Shown in pieces: positions 1-9,284 of a stretch of 57,882 nt of DNA; position 1 is the stretch's first letter; each line of letters begins with the position of its first letter. The notes below the pieces were generated by a model. It ran no database searches and was not told the origin of the DNA. It was given only the letters and a program-made list of their open reading frames with translations. The translations under genes and the position numbers were made by a program. The stretch lies in the IMG/VR virus record IMGVR_UViG_3300036885_000119, positions 1 through 57,882 of that record; one strand, written 5' to 3'. The DNA is from a virus (taxonomy: Duplodnaviria; Caudoviricetes).

Positions 1-162
1 ATTTAGCGGCCTGCTTTTGTTTCCAGTACGCTTCCATGCGCTCTAGGCGTCTGCGCAATTCGGGCACATCCCCATACGTTGTTTCGTGGCATATGCCCAG
101 CTCCGGGCATGTGGCGCAGTCCTGGGGAGCGCCGCCAAGCAGGGGGCAGGGGGTGGGAGTGC

Positions 163-303
163 TCATATTTTTAGCTTTTCGCATAATTCCTTTATTGCGG
201 CCTCGTATTGTTCAGGCGTAAGATTGCGCTCTTCTATTTTGCGCTTCTCAGTTTCGTACTCGCGCCACTTTTCAATGCTTGGATATTTGAGCCTCTGCTG
301 CAT
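163..303 (-). CDS. small hypothetical phage protein (46 aa, MQQRLKYPSIEKWREYETEKRKIEERNLTPEQYEAAIKELCEKLKI)
   Basis: Translated by hand (below the ORF-track cut-off). GAGGTG RBS upstream; stop overlaps the next minus-strand ATG (ATGA). Confidence 0.6.
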   Translation of the reverse strand: MQQRLKYPSIEKWREYETEKRKIEERNLTPEQYEAAIKELCEKLKI

Positions 304-346
304 GATGCACCTCGTGGGCCACTCCAGCCCCGATAAGGGTGTTTAT

Positions 347-1640
347 GGCCGAGTTTACGATCCTGCGAACGAGAAAGCCCACGGAGCGAGTCTTCGAGCG
401 TCTTTAGCCGTGGGATGAAAGTGAGCCAGTCTAATTTAAAATAAATCATGCATTTCTTAGGCAAATAGATTATATTAGTCTTATATGCGTAAGACTTTTA
501 AATATAGATTATACCCAACTAAACTTCAAACAACCAAAATGAATAACATTTTGGAACAGACTCGTTGGGTCTATAACGAAACTCTTGCACTTAGAAAAAA
601 TACTTGGGAATCTGAGAAAAAATCTATCTCTCTTTATGCCAGTCAAATAGAACTCACTAAATGGAAAACTGTTAAACCAGAACTTAATGAAGTCTTTTCT
701 CAGGTTCTTCAAAATGCTCAACTCCGAGTTGACCTTGCTTTCAAAGCCTTTTGGCGGCGTTGTAAGGCAGGAGAGAACCCAGGTTTTCCAAGATTTAAAG
801 GTAAAGGTTGGTATCATTCCATAACCTACCCACAGGCCGGATTTAGACTCCATCCTGACGGGGTTTATCTTTCCAAGATCGACCGCGTAAAGATTGTTCT
901 CCATAGACCTGTCGAAGGTACTATTAAAACTTGTACCGTTAAAAAAACTCCTACCGGTAAATGGTATGTTTATTTTTCCTGTGAAACAGAAAAACCTGAG
1001 CCTCTCACAAAAACCGGAAAAATTGCTGGAATTGATTTGGGTCTTATCACCTATATCCAGTGCTCTGATGGGTCTAAAATAGATAAACCTCGATTTTTTA
1101 ATCTTGAACAAAAGGCTTTTGCTCAAGCCAAAAGGCGTGAGAATATAACTTTTAAAGCCAAACATAAAAGAGTTTTGGCTATGATCCATGAGAGGATAAA
1201 AAACAAGAGAGAGGATTTTTGTCATAAGGCTTCCAAGAAACTCGTTGATAAATATGATTTCATTGCTCATGAAAACCTGAATGTTAAAGATATGCTTGAG
1301 CAAAAGAAATATTCTAAAAGCATAGCTGATGCTTCTTGGTCTACTCTGATTCAGTATATGACCGCCAAAGCTGAAAACGCTGGGCGGATCATAGTGGGAG
1401 TAGACCCAAGAGGAACCAGTCAGCGATGCTCGCAGTGTGGCACTACCGTGACTAAGACTATTGAGGTTCGTGTTCATAATTGTCCTCACTGCGGTTTTAA
1501 GACAGGTAGAGATTTAAACTCTGCCTTAGAGATACTCAGACTCGGATTGGAGTCTGTTGAGCGACCTGTGCCTCGCCGTAAGGCGAAAGCACTGGTCAGG
1601 ACTCATGGAAGCCCACGACTTTAGTCGTGGGAGCAGTCAC
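347..1640 (+). mobile_element. IS200/IS605-family (IS1341-type, tnpB-only) element
   Basis: Left-end hairpin CCCACGG...CTTTAGCCGTGGG (~378-414); right-end hairpin CCCACGACTTTAGTCGTGGG ending GAGCAGTCAC at 1640; tnpB between. Left boundary inferred from candidate TAM TTTAT (342-346) and is less certain. Confidence 0.85.
485..1624 (+). CDS. tnpB: RNA-guided endonuclease TnpB
   Basis: N-terminal KTFKYRLYPT; RuvC-I GIDLG; RuvC-II HENLNV; Zn finger CSQC...CPHC; RuvC-III RDLNSA. Catalytic residues appear intact. Confidence 0.95.
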   Translation: MRKTFKYRLYPTKLQTTKMNNILEQTRWVYNETLALRKNTWESEKKSISLYASQIELTKWKTVKPELNEVFSQVLQNAQLRVDLAFKAFWRRCKAGENPGFPRFKGKGWYHSITYPQAGFRLHPDGVYLSKIDRVKIVLHRPVEGTIKTCTVKKTPTGKWYVYFSCETEKPEPLTKTGKIAGIDLGLITYIQCSDGSKIDKPRFFNLEQKAFAQAKRRENITFKAKHKRVLAMIHERIKNKREDFCHKASKKLVDKYDFIAHENLNVKDMLEQKKYSKSIADASWSTLIQYMTAKAENAGRIIVGVDPRGTSQRCSQCGTTVTKTIEVRVHNCPHCGFKTGRDLNSALEILRLGLESVERPVPRRKAKALVRTHGSPRL

Positions 1641-3424
1641 CATATATCTCCCCTTCCTTCTTGTTTTTTTTCTTCTTCTGTTTTTTGTTGGCTAAATGTT
1701 CCTTTAGTAATATCAAACTCCAAAGATTCAACCCCTAAGCAACCGTGATTTTTAAATCTCATTTTTTTACAATGTATATCTGTTAATCCTGTTTTTTCGT
1801 TTCTATAAATAATTATTCCTATGTCCGGCTTATTTCTCCAATGTGCAGAATCGCTTATATCATATAATTCAGGAACCAAATAAGAACCATCTTCGTTCTT
1901 CTTTGGTTTTGCTGGATGTCCAGAAACAATAACGATTTGATTATTTATTCTTGCATAACGGCGCAACTTCATTAAATTATATCCAACAAATTCAGTCAAG
2001 GACATTTCGGTTGGCCGAGTATGTTCAAGTTCATTATATGGATCAATAATTAATCCGTCAATATTCAAATCTTTGGCTGTGTTTAATATCATATCTAAAG
2101 TAACGGACTCGTTGTTGATCCCTATTAATTTATAATGTTCTTCAAGAAATTTCATAGATTCTTCTACGTCACTAAAGTTCATCCTGTTTGATCCAAAGAA
2201 AGACATTTTTTTGTTTTTTTCAGTCAGGTTTTGAATTATAAACGGTGCCGGATAATTTTCCGGTGAATAAATAGCCCAAGTAAAATCATGTGAAACCGCA
2301 AGGTTGTTACTAATATCAAGTATAAATTCTGTTTTTCCGCTACCTGGATAACCAGTAATGACATAAAGTAAAGATGGCACCATTGTAAATATTTTATTAA
2401 TATTATTCCATCCAGTAGACAATCCTGCTTGTTTTCCATTATTATAAAATTGTTTGACACTTTCTAAATATTCCATTACCCCCGAAACGCTTGCAATCTT
2501 ATCACAGTTTATTTCTCTCGGTTGCCCGTCAATCTGTTCACCTATTTTTATGTTTTTATCACCTATAGTATTGGAACAGTTATTAATCGCCCGCTCTATT
2601 GTTATTTGCCCATAGGTATATCCATTAGCAAAATGTACTTTATCCCATTTAGGGCGCATTAATCCTGATTGCCGAAATAAAGAATCTATTTCTATAAAAT
2701 TTCTTGATGTCCAGAAAGCAAGATGATTACATAACGCCATATCTGCGGATGAATGATCTCCTGAATATGCGGAGGTATCTCCTTGCCAAAGAGCCTGTAT
2801 TTTAAATCCGTTTATAGCTTTGAACATTTTTTCTGGAAGATCGTTTATTTTTGTAGTATTATTATTATAATTTAACAATGTTTCTGTTTTATTTTGTTTT
2901 GTTTTTTGTATCATTTCGTAAATTTTATTTATTTCATCTTCGTTTAGTTCTCTAAAATCTTTTTTATTTTGAAAGACGTTTCCAGTAAAAGTAAAATATC
3001 TTTTGCAACCATAAATTTCCGCTTTTTGTGTTTTCACCGAAGGTTTTAAAAGTTTTCCACCACAAAAAACATGGAAGCCATCCCCACTTGGGGATATTTC
3101 GGTGTAACTATTTGCCTCCTCTATTATTTCTAACGCCCAAGGCTCAATAAAATCACTTGCATCACTAAGACAATGGTCAAGATCAATTAAAATAAATGCC
3201 TCCGGCTCAATCCCAGACTGAAACCCTATACCATCAAAATCATTTGAAACGGATAATGCTGTGTTAAAATCCGTCCAGGTTTTTGAATTATTGCTTTCTG
3301 CTTTTCCAAAACTATTTGCCCTATATGGTACTTTCGTTTCTTTACCCTCACGTATTTCACGTTTCCAGACTATCCAATTTGGAACAGATAACATTTTCTC
3401 AGGCACAATAGCAATGTTAACCAT
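1637..3424 (-). CDS. NrS-1-like primase-polymerase fused to a DnaB/Twinkle-like (SF4) helicase
   Basis: AEP motifs IDLDHC, YTEISPSGDGFHVF, RYFTFTG; helical-bundle motif DHSSADMALCNHLAFWT...LFRQSGLMRPKWD; Walker A TGYPGSGKT; LIIDPYN; LYDISDSAHWRNKPD. Confidence 0.88.
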   Translation of the reverse strand: MVNIAIVPEKMLSVPNWIVWKREIREGKETKVPYRANSFGKAESNNSKTWTDFNTALSVSNDFDGIGFQSGIEPEAFILIDLDHCLSDASDFIEPWALEIIEEANSYTEISPSGDGFHVFCGGKLLKPSVKTQKAEIYGCKRYFTFTGNVFQNKKDFRELNEDEINKIYEMIQKTKQNKTETLLNYNNNTTKINDLPEKMFKAINGFKIQALWQGDTSAYSGDHSSADMALCNHLAFWTSRNFIEIDSLFRQSGLMRPKWDKVHFANGYTYGQITIERAINNCSNTIGDKNIKIGEQIDGQPREINCDKIASVSGVMEYLESVKQFYNNGKQAGLSTGWNNINKIFTMVPSLLYVITGYPGSGKTEFILDISNNLAVSHDFTWAIYSPENYPAPFIIQNLTEKNKKMSFFGSNRMNFSDVEESMKFLEEHYKLIGINNESVTLDMILNTAKDLNIDGLIIDPYNELEHTRPTEMSLTEFVGYNLMKLRRYARINNQIVIVSGHPAKPKKNEDGSYLVPELYDISDSAHWRNKPDIGIIIYRNEKTGLTDIHCKKMRFKNHGCLGVESLEFDITKGTFSQQKTEEEKKQEGRGDIW

Positions 3425-4175
3425 TAAGTTCTTTCATTCGTTCTTTTTGTATCTGTTTTTCCCCGGCTGATAAAATGTGTGTTGGCAAAATTATTTTATG
3501 TTTTTCATCTAACCATCGTTGTTGGTTTAAATATGTTGCAGGCATTGGAATGTATTGTCCATTATCTTTTTTCCATTGTTCTGTCTGTTTCTGCCATTCA
3601 AGGGCAATCAATATTAATTGGAGCGTTTCGCCCGGTGATGATATTTTCATCCACGATTTATAAGCTGCGCCCTTACCTTCCTTGCGCGGGTATGAACTCC
3701 AAAACTCCAAAAAAAGCGTTGAAAAATCATTCCCCCCTTGCATTCCCTCTTTAATACAAGAAGCAGAAGCAGAAGCAGAAGCAGAAGCATTAATGTCCGC
3801 CATATCTCCGGACATTTCCGGACAAGTCTTTTTCTTTCTCTCTTCATATTTCCTTTTTGCATCAGCTTCCTTGTAGTTTAACTCACGAAACTTCTGATAA
3901 TTTATTATTCGGTATCCACCATCTACACGCTCAATTCGTTTTCCTTCATTTTGAATAGATCGGCTTTCTGTGTCCGGAGAGGACAGTTCTTCGATTGCCG
4001 CTTTTGTTTCATCAAGTGATAATCTGCAAACAGAAGAAATACCAACAGAAGATACGGGAGCTATTCCATCCGGCTTACATGCGGCGAGTAAAGCAATCCA
4101 CACCTTAAATGTTTTAGGATCACAGGCCATTATTGAAGAAAGTAAAATACCCTCATCAAGTTTAGTATATCCCAC
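3417..4175 (-). CDS. phage replication initiator (replisome-organiser/O-like) protein
   Basis: C-terminal FLEFWSSYPRKEGKGAAYKSW...YIPMPATYLNQQRWLDE signature; ASASAS linker; directly upstream of primase-helicase; GTG start. Confidence 0.8.
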   Translation of the reverse strand: MGYTKLDEGILLSSIMACDPKTFKVWIALLAACKPDGIAPVSSVGISSVCRLSLDETKAAIEELSSPDTESRSIQNEGKRIERVDGGYRIINYQKFRELNYKEADAKRKYEERKKKTCPEMSGDMADINASASASASASCIKEGMQGGNDFSTLFLEFWSSYPRKEGKGAAYKSWMKISSPGETLQLILIALEWQKQTEQWKKDNGQYIPMPATYLNQQRWLDEKHKIILPTHILSAGEKQIQKERMKELNG

Positions 4176-4186
4176 AAAGCCTCAAT

Positions 4187-4287
4187 TAAAAAGCCTGCCT
4201 GTATTCCTGCTCAGGGAAATACAGCTATGCGCCGGAGCTTTGCGCTACGGACAGGCTATAAATTTACGTGGAAATTCCTGAGCATGC
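4187..4287 (-). promoter_or_regulatory. structured 5' leader / attenuator-like element ahead of the replication operon
   Basis: Minus-strand RNA has TGCTCAGG near the 5' end complementary to CCTGAGCA downstream, and an AGCCTGT...GCAGGCT stem followed by TTTTT. Confidence 0.5.
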
Positions 4288-4291
4288 TATA

Positions 4292-4320
4292 ACAATACAA
4301 CAAGCCCATTGCCGTGTCAA
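4292..4320 (-). promoter_or_regulatory. sigma70-type promoter for the replication/early operon
   Basis: TTGACA-17 nt-TATTGT on the minus strand. Confidence 0.7.
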
Positions 4321-4411
4321 GAAAATAATGCTATAGCTGCAATTTATTTTTACAGACAGGTCGTGACAAATAACGCGCTAATAGCGTCCAATATATATAA
4401 GTATTACCTTT

Positions 4412-4463
4412 TTACCGATTTGTGTAAATAGTGCTTGACAACTATTGCTTTTTATCGTAAATT
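4412..4463 (+). promoter_or_regulatory. late promoter with upstream TTAC-N8-GTAA box
   Basis: TTACCGATTTGTGTAAA (4412-4428), 6 nt, TTGACA (4435-40), 17 nt, TAAATT. Same box and spacing recur at 15019. Confidence 0.7.
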
Positions 4464-4518
4464 ACTTATTGACCGTTACAAACCTTAACATGAGCTGCTT
4501 TGCTTGAAGGTGCGTTAT

Positions 4519-4974
4519 ATGGCTGCTGAAGGTGCCCCTCCTAATAACAACTTTGCAGAAAAGTACAAAACCCCAAAAGAACGTCAAGCTTTGTGTGAAA
4601 GATATTGTTCTTACTTGAAAAAAGGCGGGTATCCTTCATATTTTCCAGAGTGTTCTGACAAAACAATAGAACGATATATAAAAGATTTCCCAGTTGATTT
4701 TCCCACCGAAAAGATAGAAGAAGCAGAGCGCGAATACAAGCGTTACTATTTTGACCTTCTTGAGCAGGGTGCAACTGGTAAAATACACGGCTACAACGCG
4801 CCGTCTGCAATCTTTCTCGCAAAAAATATAAATAAATTCCGCGACAATCACGACATTACCTCTGGTGGTGAAAAAATAAAATCAGTACCACCTCAAATTA
4901 TAGTTACCGATCAAGCTACAGCAAGCTTTGTCAAAAAGATGCTGTGTGGGCCGGATGATTCTCCCGAATCTTGA
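4519..4974 (+). CDS. terS: terminase small subunit (putative)
   Basis: Directly upstream of and overlapping TerL; GAPPNNNFA N-terminus, AIFLAKN and DITSGGEKI C-terminal motifs typical of TerS; ATG at 4519 after AAGGTG. Confidence 0.75.
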   Translation: MAAEGAPPNNNFAEKYKTPKERQALCERYCSYLKKGGYPSYFPECSDKTIERYIKDFPVDFPTEKIEEAEREYKRYYFDLLEQGATGKIHGYNAPSAIFLAKNINKFRDNHDITSGGEKIKSVPPQIIVTDQATASFVKKMLCGPDDSPES

Positions 4975-6805
4975 AACCACAACAGTATTTTCTCGTAACC
5001 GCAGGGCGTTCGAGGAGGGTTATAAAGTCATTGTGAATCAGGGTGGAACTTCAAGTAGTAAAACCTATTCAATTCTTCAATTGCTTATCGTATTAGCTGC
5101 ATCATCTTTTTACAATGCTGGTATAATTTCTGTTGTATCTGAATCAATTCCTCACCTTAAGCGCGGAGCAATCCGTGATTTTCAAAAAATAATGGGTGAA
5201 AAGTTTGACGATATGGCGTTCAATAGAACGGATCATATTTACAAGTTTGATAAATCCCAGATGGAGTTTTTCAGCGCGGATGATTCCGCCAGGTTGCGTG
5301 GTGGTAGGAGAAATATTCTTTTTCTCAACGAGTGTAATAACATTACAATGGATTCTTTTGATGAACTTGATGTAAGAACGGAGGGCTGTACTTTTGTTGA
5401 TTATAACCCCGTTTCTGAATTTTGGATACATCAATTACTACAACAAAACGGAATAAACGATTTTACAAAAGATTGTTTTCCAGAAGATCACAAACAAATA
5501 TGCTTTATTCATTCCACCTATATGCAGGCTCGACAGGTTCTTCCCAAAGACACAATAGATAAGATTGAATCACGTAGGGAAAGAGATGTAAATTGGTGGA
5601 ATGTTTATGGCTTGGGTCTTGTGGGTAACATTGAGGGGCTTGTACACCCGCTGTTTACCACTTGTGACGAAATGCCGCTGCCCGGCTCCGGCCCTGAGTT
5701 TTTCGGGCTAGACTTTGGCTTTACTGACGAAACCTCATTGATTAAATGTATGGTGGTCGGTGACCAGCTTTATTGTGATCAGCTAATATACGAAACCGGC
5801 CTCACCAATCCGCAAATTTCCCGCCGTATGGAATCTTTAGGTGTTCGCAAAAACCATGACGAAATATTTGCTGATAGTGCAGAGCCTAAATCAATTAAAG
5901 AAATTGCCTCATACGGATTCAACATAAAGGGTGTGGAAAAAGGTCCAGATAGCGTTCGTGCTGGTATTTTGAAGGTTAATGAATACCGCCAGGTCTGGAC
6001 TAAGCGCAGTGTAGACTCAATCAAAGAGCAGCGCAATTTTCGTTACATTCAGAAAGATGATGGCACTTTTACCGATAAGCCTATGGATGATTTTGGACAT
6101 AGTATGGCTGCTCGTCGCTATGCCGTTATAAGCAAACACCTACAGGCTATCGAGCGCATGAAGTGTTTGGTACATGACATATCAAAGTTTGTTAAGGATG
6201 ATCCGCTGGGTGGGTTCTACGAGGTTATAAACGGCTTTGCGGTGCGTGAAAATTGGGCGACTATTGTCACCTGCCAATGGGATAAGGATAATGGACTTTT
6301 GCATGTTAATTTTGAAGCTACAATGAACACTATTGAGAACATAAAGGCTTACTGCGAATCTGTGAAAAAAGCCATGAATGTAGCGCCGCCCGTAATGAAT
6401 CCTACCAATGGCGCTGCGGTGCAGAACCTTGTGAGCCAGTTAATCGCGCAGAAGGTTCCGGTTGTTATTGACCAGACGTTTGACGCTATTGGAACGTTGT
6501 ATTTTCTTAATAACGTAATTGACCGGCGAAAGTTCACCATGAATAGCCAAGCAGAATCTCTACGACAAGCCATGCAAAGCGATACGGAAGTAAAGAACCT
6601 TTCCCCGCACTTAGAAGCGTTGCTGTATATCGTAAATAACATAGCAATCAAGGTTAAAGCCGAGGACAACAGAAAGCCGCTCAAAATGTTCAGCAAAGAA
6701 AAGTTTGAATACCAGAAGGAACAGGAGCTGACATTAAAGGGGCGCGAGCGTAACCCGGACGGAACGTTGAAACCAATAGATAAAGGATATGCGCAGGGGT
6801 GGTAA
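4955..6805 (+). CDS. terL: terminase large subunit (PBSX-like) with long C-terminal extension
   Basis: NQGGTSSSKT Walker A, LRGGRRNILFLNE Walker B region, DYNP, GLDFGF, DSAEP, HSMAARRYA. Confidence 0.93.
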   Translation: MILPNLETTTVFSRNRRAFEEGYKVIVNQGGTSSSKTYSILQLLIVLAASSFYNAGIISVVSESIPHLKRGAIRDFQKIMGEKFDDMAFNRTDHIYKFDKSQMEFFSADDSARLRGGRRNILFLNECNNITMDSFDELDVRTEGCTFVDYNPVSEFWIHQLLQQNGINDFTKDCFPEDHKQICFIHSTYMQARQVLPKDTIDKIESRRERDVNWWNVYGLGLVGNIEGLVHPLFTTCDEMPLPGSGPEFFGLDFGFTDETSLIKCMVVGDQLYCDQLIYETGLTNPQISRRMESLGVRKNHDEIFADSAEPKSIKEIASYGFNIKGVEKGPDSVRAGILKVNEYRQVWTKRSVDSIKEQRNFRYIQKDDGTFTDKPMDDFGHSMAARRYAVISKHLQAIERMKCLVHDISKFVKDDPLGGFYEVINGFAVRENWATIVTCQWDKDNGLLHVNFEATMNTIENIKAYCESVKKAMNVAPPVMNPTNGAAVQNLVSQLIAQKVPVVIDQTFDAIGTLYFLNNVIDRRKFTMNSQAESLRQAMQSDTEVKNLSPHLEALLYIVNNIAIKVKAEDNRKPLKMFSKEKFEYQKEQELTLKGRERNPDGTLKPIDKGYAQGW

Positions 6806-6807
6806 AA

Positions 6808-6972
6808 ATGTTTGAATCAGCCAAGGCAATTATAGCCCACAGGGAGGAACAAAATGAACCTATTGTGCAAAAAGATATAGATTATATTGCTAAAACATGT
6901 GCAAGTGAAATCATGAAGGTGATTGATGATGTTTATAAAAATAAAAAAGAAGTCAAAAAGGTCTCGGAATGA
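6808..6972 (+). CDS. small hypothetical protein (54 aa)
   Basis: Fills the gap after TerL; ATGA overlap with the next gene. Confidence 0.55.
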   Translation: MFESAKAIIAHREEQNEPIVQKDIDYIAKTCASEIMKVIDDVYKNKKEVKKVSE

Positions 6973-7976
6973 AACTGTATAATCTCGACCAGCACGTTTC
7001 GGTGAACAGCGACCTTGAATTTATCTGGCGTAAACTTGGTCACGAGCTTGATATTGACAGCATTTCCGGCCATTCGTGGGTGATGGGAAGGGAGCGCAAG
7101 CATGTTCCACTGGTTGAAAATAATATTGGCAGTATTGTCGAGAAAGAATTGTGGCGAGAGTTTTATGATACTTACCATGAAAGATTATCAGCTTATGACG
7201 GATACGTATGCTGCTATCCGCCCGTGTTCGCCCTGCTCTACAAGCAATTTACAGACAAGCGCGTTATTGTTCACATACCAATCAGATATGATTTCCCCTA
7301 TACAGACAATGAGCCAAGCCTCAAAGTGCTCAATGATTTTCTTGTCAGTGATCCCGTGATTGTATCAGCTAACAACAAGTTGGACAAGGCTTATTTTGAG
7401 GACCGTACAAATGGCAAGAAAGAGTGTAAATACATTCCGTCGCTGTGTGAATATACCGGGATGAAATGGGCACCAAAGCGCAGTGAGTTTTTGCTGTATG
7501 ATGGATCACGAAAATGGCGCATTGATGGCACGCTGAATAGGTATGACGATTTTCACCCGCATACGTGGAATGATATACAGTCTTTCCGTGGTATTATTCA
7601 TATGCCGTATAATATTTCGACCATGAGCATGTTTGAGCAGTACACCGCCTGCATACCGCTGTTCTATCCGTCGAAAGAGTTTTTACTTAAAATGTACCGG
7701 AGTGGGGCCGGTGTGCTTGAACAATGTTTCTGGTCAACAACACAGCACGGCAAGTACGGATTTGGCACAATAGAATCTGTGCTTGATTTGGCAGATTTCT
7801 ACAGTGAGACATTCCCGCATATTATCACTTTTGATAATCTGGCGCAGCTTGATGATAAGCGGTATGATGATGCGTTTTTGGAGTGGACAAGCACAGAAAT
7901 GGAAAAGGATAACCAATGGAACAGAAGCGTCGTGTACAAGGCGTGGGAAGAAATCCTAAGCGAGTTAAAAAAGTAA
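6969..7976 (+). CDS. glycosyltransferase-like hypothetical protein
   Basis: 335 aa; C-terminal HMPYNISTMSMFEQYTACIPLFYPS resembles a GT-B sugar-binding segment; first gene of the GT island. Confidence 0.5.
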   Translation: MKLYNLDQHVSVNSDLEFIWRKLGHELDIDSISGHSWVMGRERKHVPLVENNIGSIVEKELWREFYDTYHERLSAYDGYVCCYPPVFALLYKQFTDKRVIVHIPIRYDFPYTDNEPSLKVLNDFLVSDPVIVSANNKLDKAYFEDRTNGKKECKYIPSLCEYTGMKWAPKRSEFLLYDGSRKWRIDGTLNRYDDFHPHTWNDIQSFRGIIHMPYNISTMSMFEQYTACIPLFYPSKEFLLKMYRSGAGVLEQCFWSTTQHGKYGFGTIESVLDLADFYSETFPHIITFDNLAQLDDKRYDDAFLEWTSTEMEKDNQWNRSVVYKAWEEILSELKK

Positions 7977-8093
7977 AATGGGACGGAAGATTTCAAAGTC
8001 CTGTTTTAGCTAAGATGGCCAAGTTATTAGTTAAAGCAAATAGAAAAAAACTTGATAGGGAAATATTGGACTTTCTTACTATTGGTGGTTTAG

Positions 8094-8840
8094 GTGAGTA
8101 AGCGCGTCATAAGCTTTTCCTTGTGGGGGCAATCCAAGCAATACTGCTGCGGCGCAATAGCCAACGCCCGTCTTGCGCCCAAGCTGTTCCCCGGCTGGAC
8201 GTGCAGGTTCTACTGTGCTGACGACGTACCAAAGCGCGTTGTAGATGACCTTAAGGCCGAGGGTGCGGAGATAATGCCGGAGCATACTGGCGTGGGCTTT
8301 GTGGGGCTATTCTGGCGGCTCAAGGTGGCGGATGATGTCTATGTTGACCGGTTTATTGTCCGTGATACGGATAGCCGCCTAACGCCACGGGACGCGGCCT
8401 GTGTGAAGGAATGGGAGGAGTCCGGGTTGCCGTTTCACATTATCAGGGATTGTGAGTCGCACGGTGGCTGGATTTTGGGCGCTACATTTGGCATGGTTAA
8501 TTCATTTCTGCCGGAAGTGTGCCATACAACCATGCAGGAGCTTCTTGTAGAGTTTTGGGAGGACTGGTATGTGGGCTTAACTGAGCATGGCTATGAGAGT
8601 GACCGGGGAAAGTTCTATGGAGTCGATCAGGAGTTCCTTTCGAGAAAAATATGGAATTTAATAAGGGACAATCATCTTGCTCATGTTGCTGATTATGCTT
8701 GTTTGAAATTTACAGGAAAAGAAAAACTCGCTCCCCCAATAAATAGAAAACCAGGAGAAAGCAGTTTAACGGCAGAGGCGTATGTTGGACAAGTATGCAA
8801 TTTAGAGCCTGAATGGGAATTATACAGTTATGATTTGTAA
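8094..8840 (+). CDS. putative GT-A glycosyltransferase (ISFSLWG / RDTDSR family)
   Basis: ISFSLWG N-terminus, DxD motif RDTDSRL, HIIRD, GVDQEFL. Confidence 0.65.
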   Translation: MSKRVISFSLWGQSKQYCCGAIANARLAPKLFPGWTCRFYCADDVPKRVVDDLKAEGAEIMPEHTGVGFVGLFWRLKVADDVYVDRFIVRDTDSRLTPRDAACVKEWEESGLPFHIIRDCESHGGWILGATFGMVNSFLPEVCHTTMQELLVEFWEDWYVGLTEHGYESDRGKFYGVDQEFLSRKIWNLIRDNHLAHVADYACLKFTGKEKLAPPINRKPGESSLTAEAYVGQVCNLEPEWELYSYDL

Positions 8841-8982
8841 ATCAATTTATATTTATGCCTTAGTTGATCCCAATACTCATGATGTGAGATATATTGGTAA
8901 ATCGTATAATCCATATCAAAGATTGCTACAACACTGTAATTGTAAGAAGAAATTTTATGTAACATTAAAGATGGGGGTTTAA
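8830..8982 (+). pseudogene. truncated GIY-YIG homing endonuclease remnant
   Basis: IYIYALVDPNTHDVRYIGKSYNPYQRLLQH matches the N-terminus of the intact gene at 20547 (FIYSLADPITFEVRYVGKANDPYRRYCEH); only 50 aa long. Confidence 0.8.
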
Positions 8983-8984
8983 AA

Positions 8985-9281
8985 ATGTCGCTTGAGCGTA
9001 AACCAACCGAATCTTTCGAGCAGTACCAGACCCGCCGCAAGGCAGAAAACCTTACTGAGCGTACTTATCTGCGTGGCATGATTAGTCATCAATCAAAAAA
9101 GATTATTATGTTGACAACACGACAAATGGTTGATGAGGCAAATAAAAACGACTCATTGGCTCGTTATAAACTTGGTGACCATATAATTGTGCATAGCACA
9201 TATAAAACGCCACCAAACACTGTTCCACGATTGGATAAGTGGCAGAGAAGGAAACTGAGAAAAATAGTAGCGAAAGGATAA
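8985..9281 (+). CDS. hypothetical protein
   Basis: 98-aa ORF in operon, with RBS. Confidence 0.6.
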   Translation: MSLERKPTESFEQYQTRRKAENLTERTYLRGMISHQSKKIIMLTTRQMVDEANKNDSLARYKLGDHIIVHSTYKTPPNTVPRLDKWQRRKLRKIVAKG

Positions 9282-9284
9282 ATT

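Noticed and set aside
509-1489. 326-aa antisense ORF
   Set aside because: Shadow of tnpB on the opposite strand, with no motifs.
3759-3789. (GCAGAA)n tandem repeat as origin iterons
   Set aside because: It encodes the ASASAS linker common in phage initiators; there is no independent evidence for an origin.
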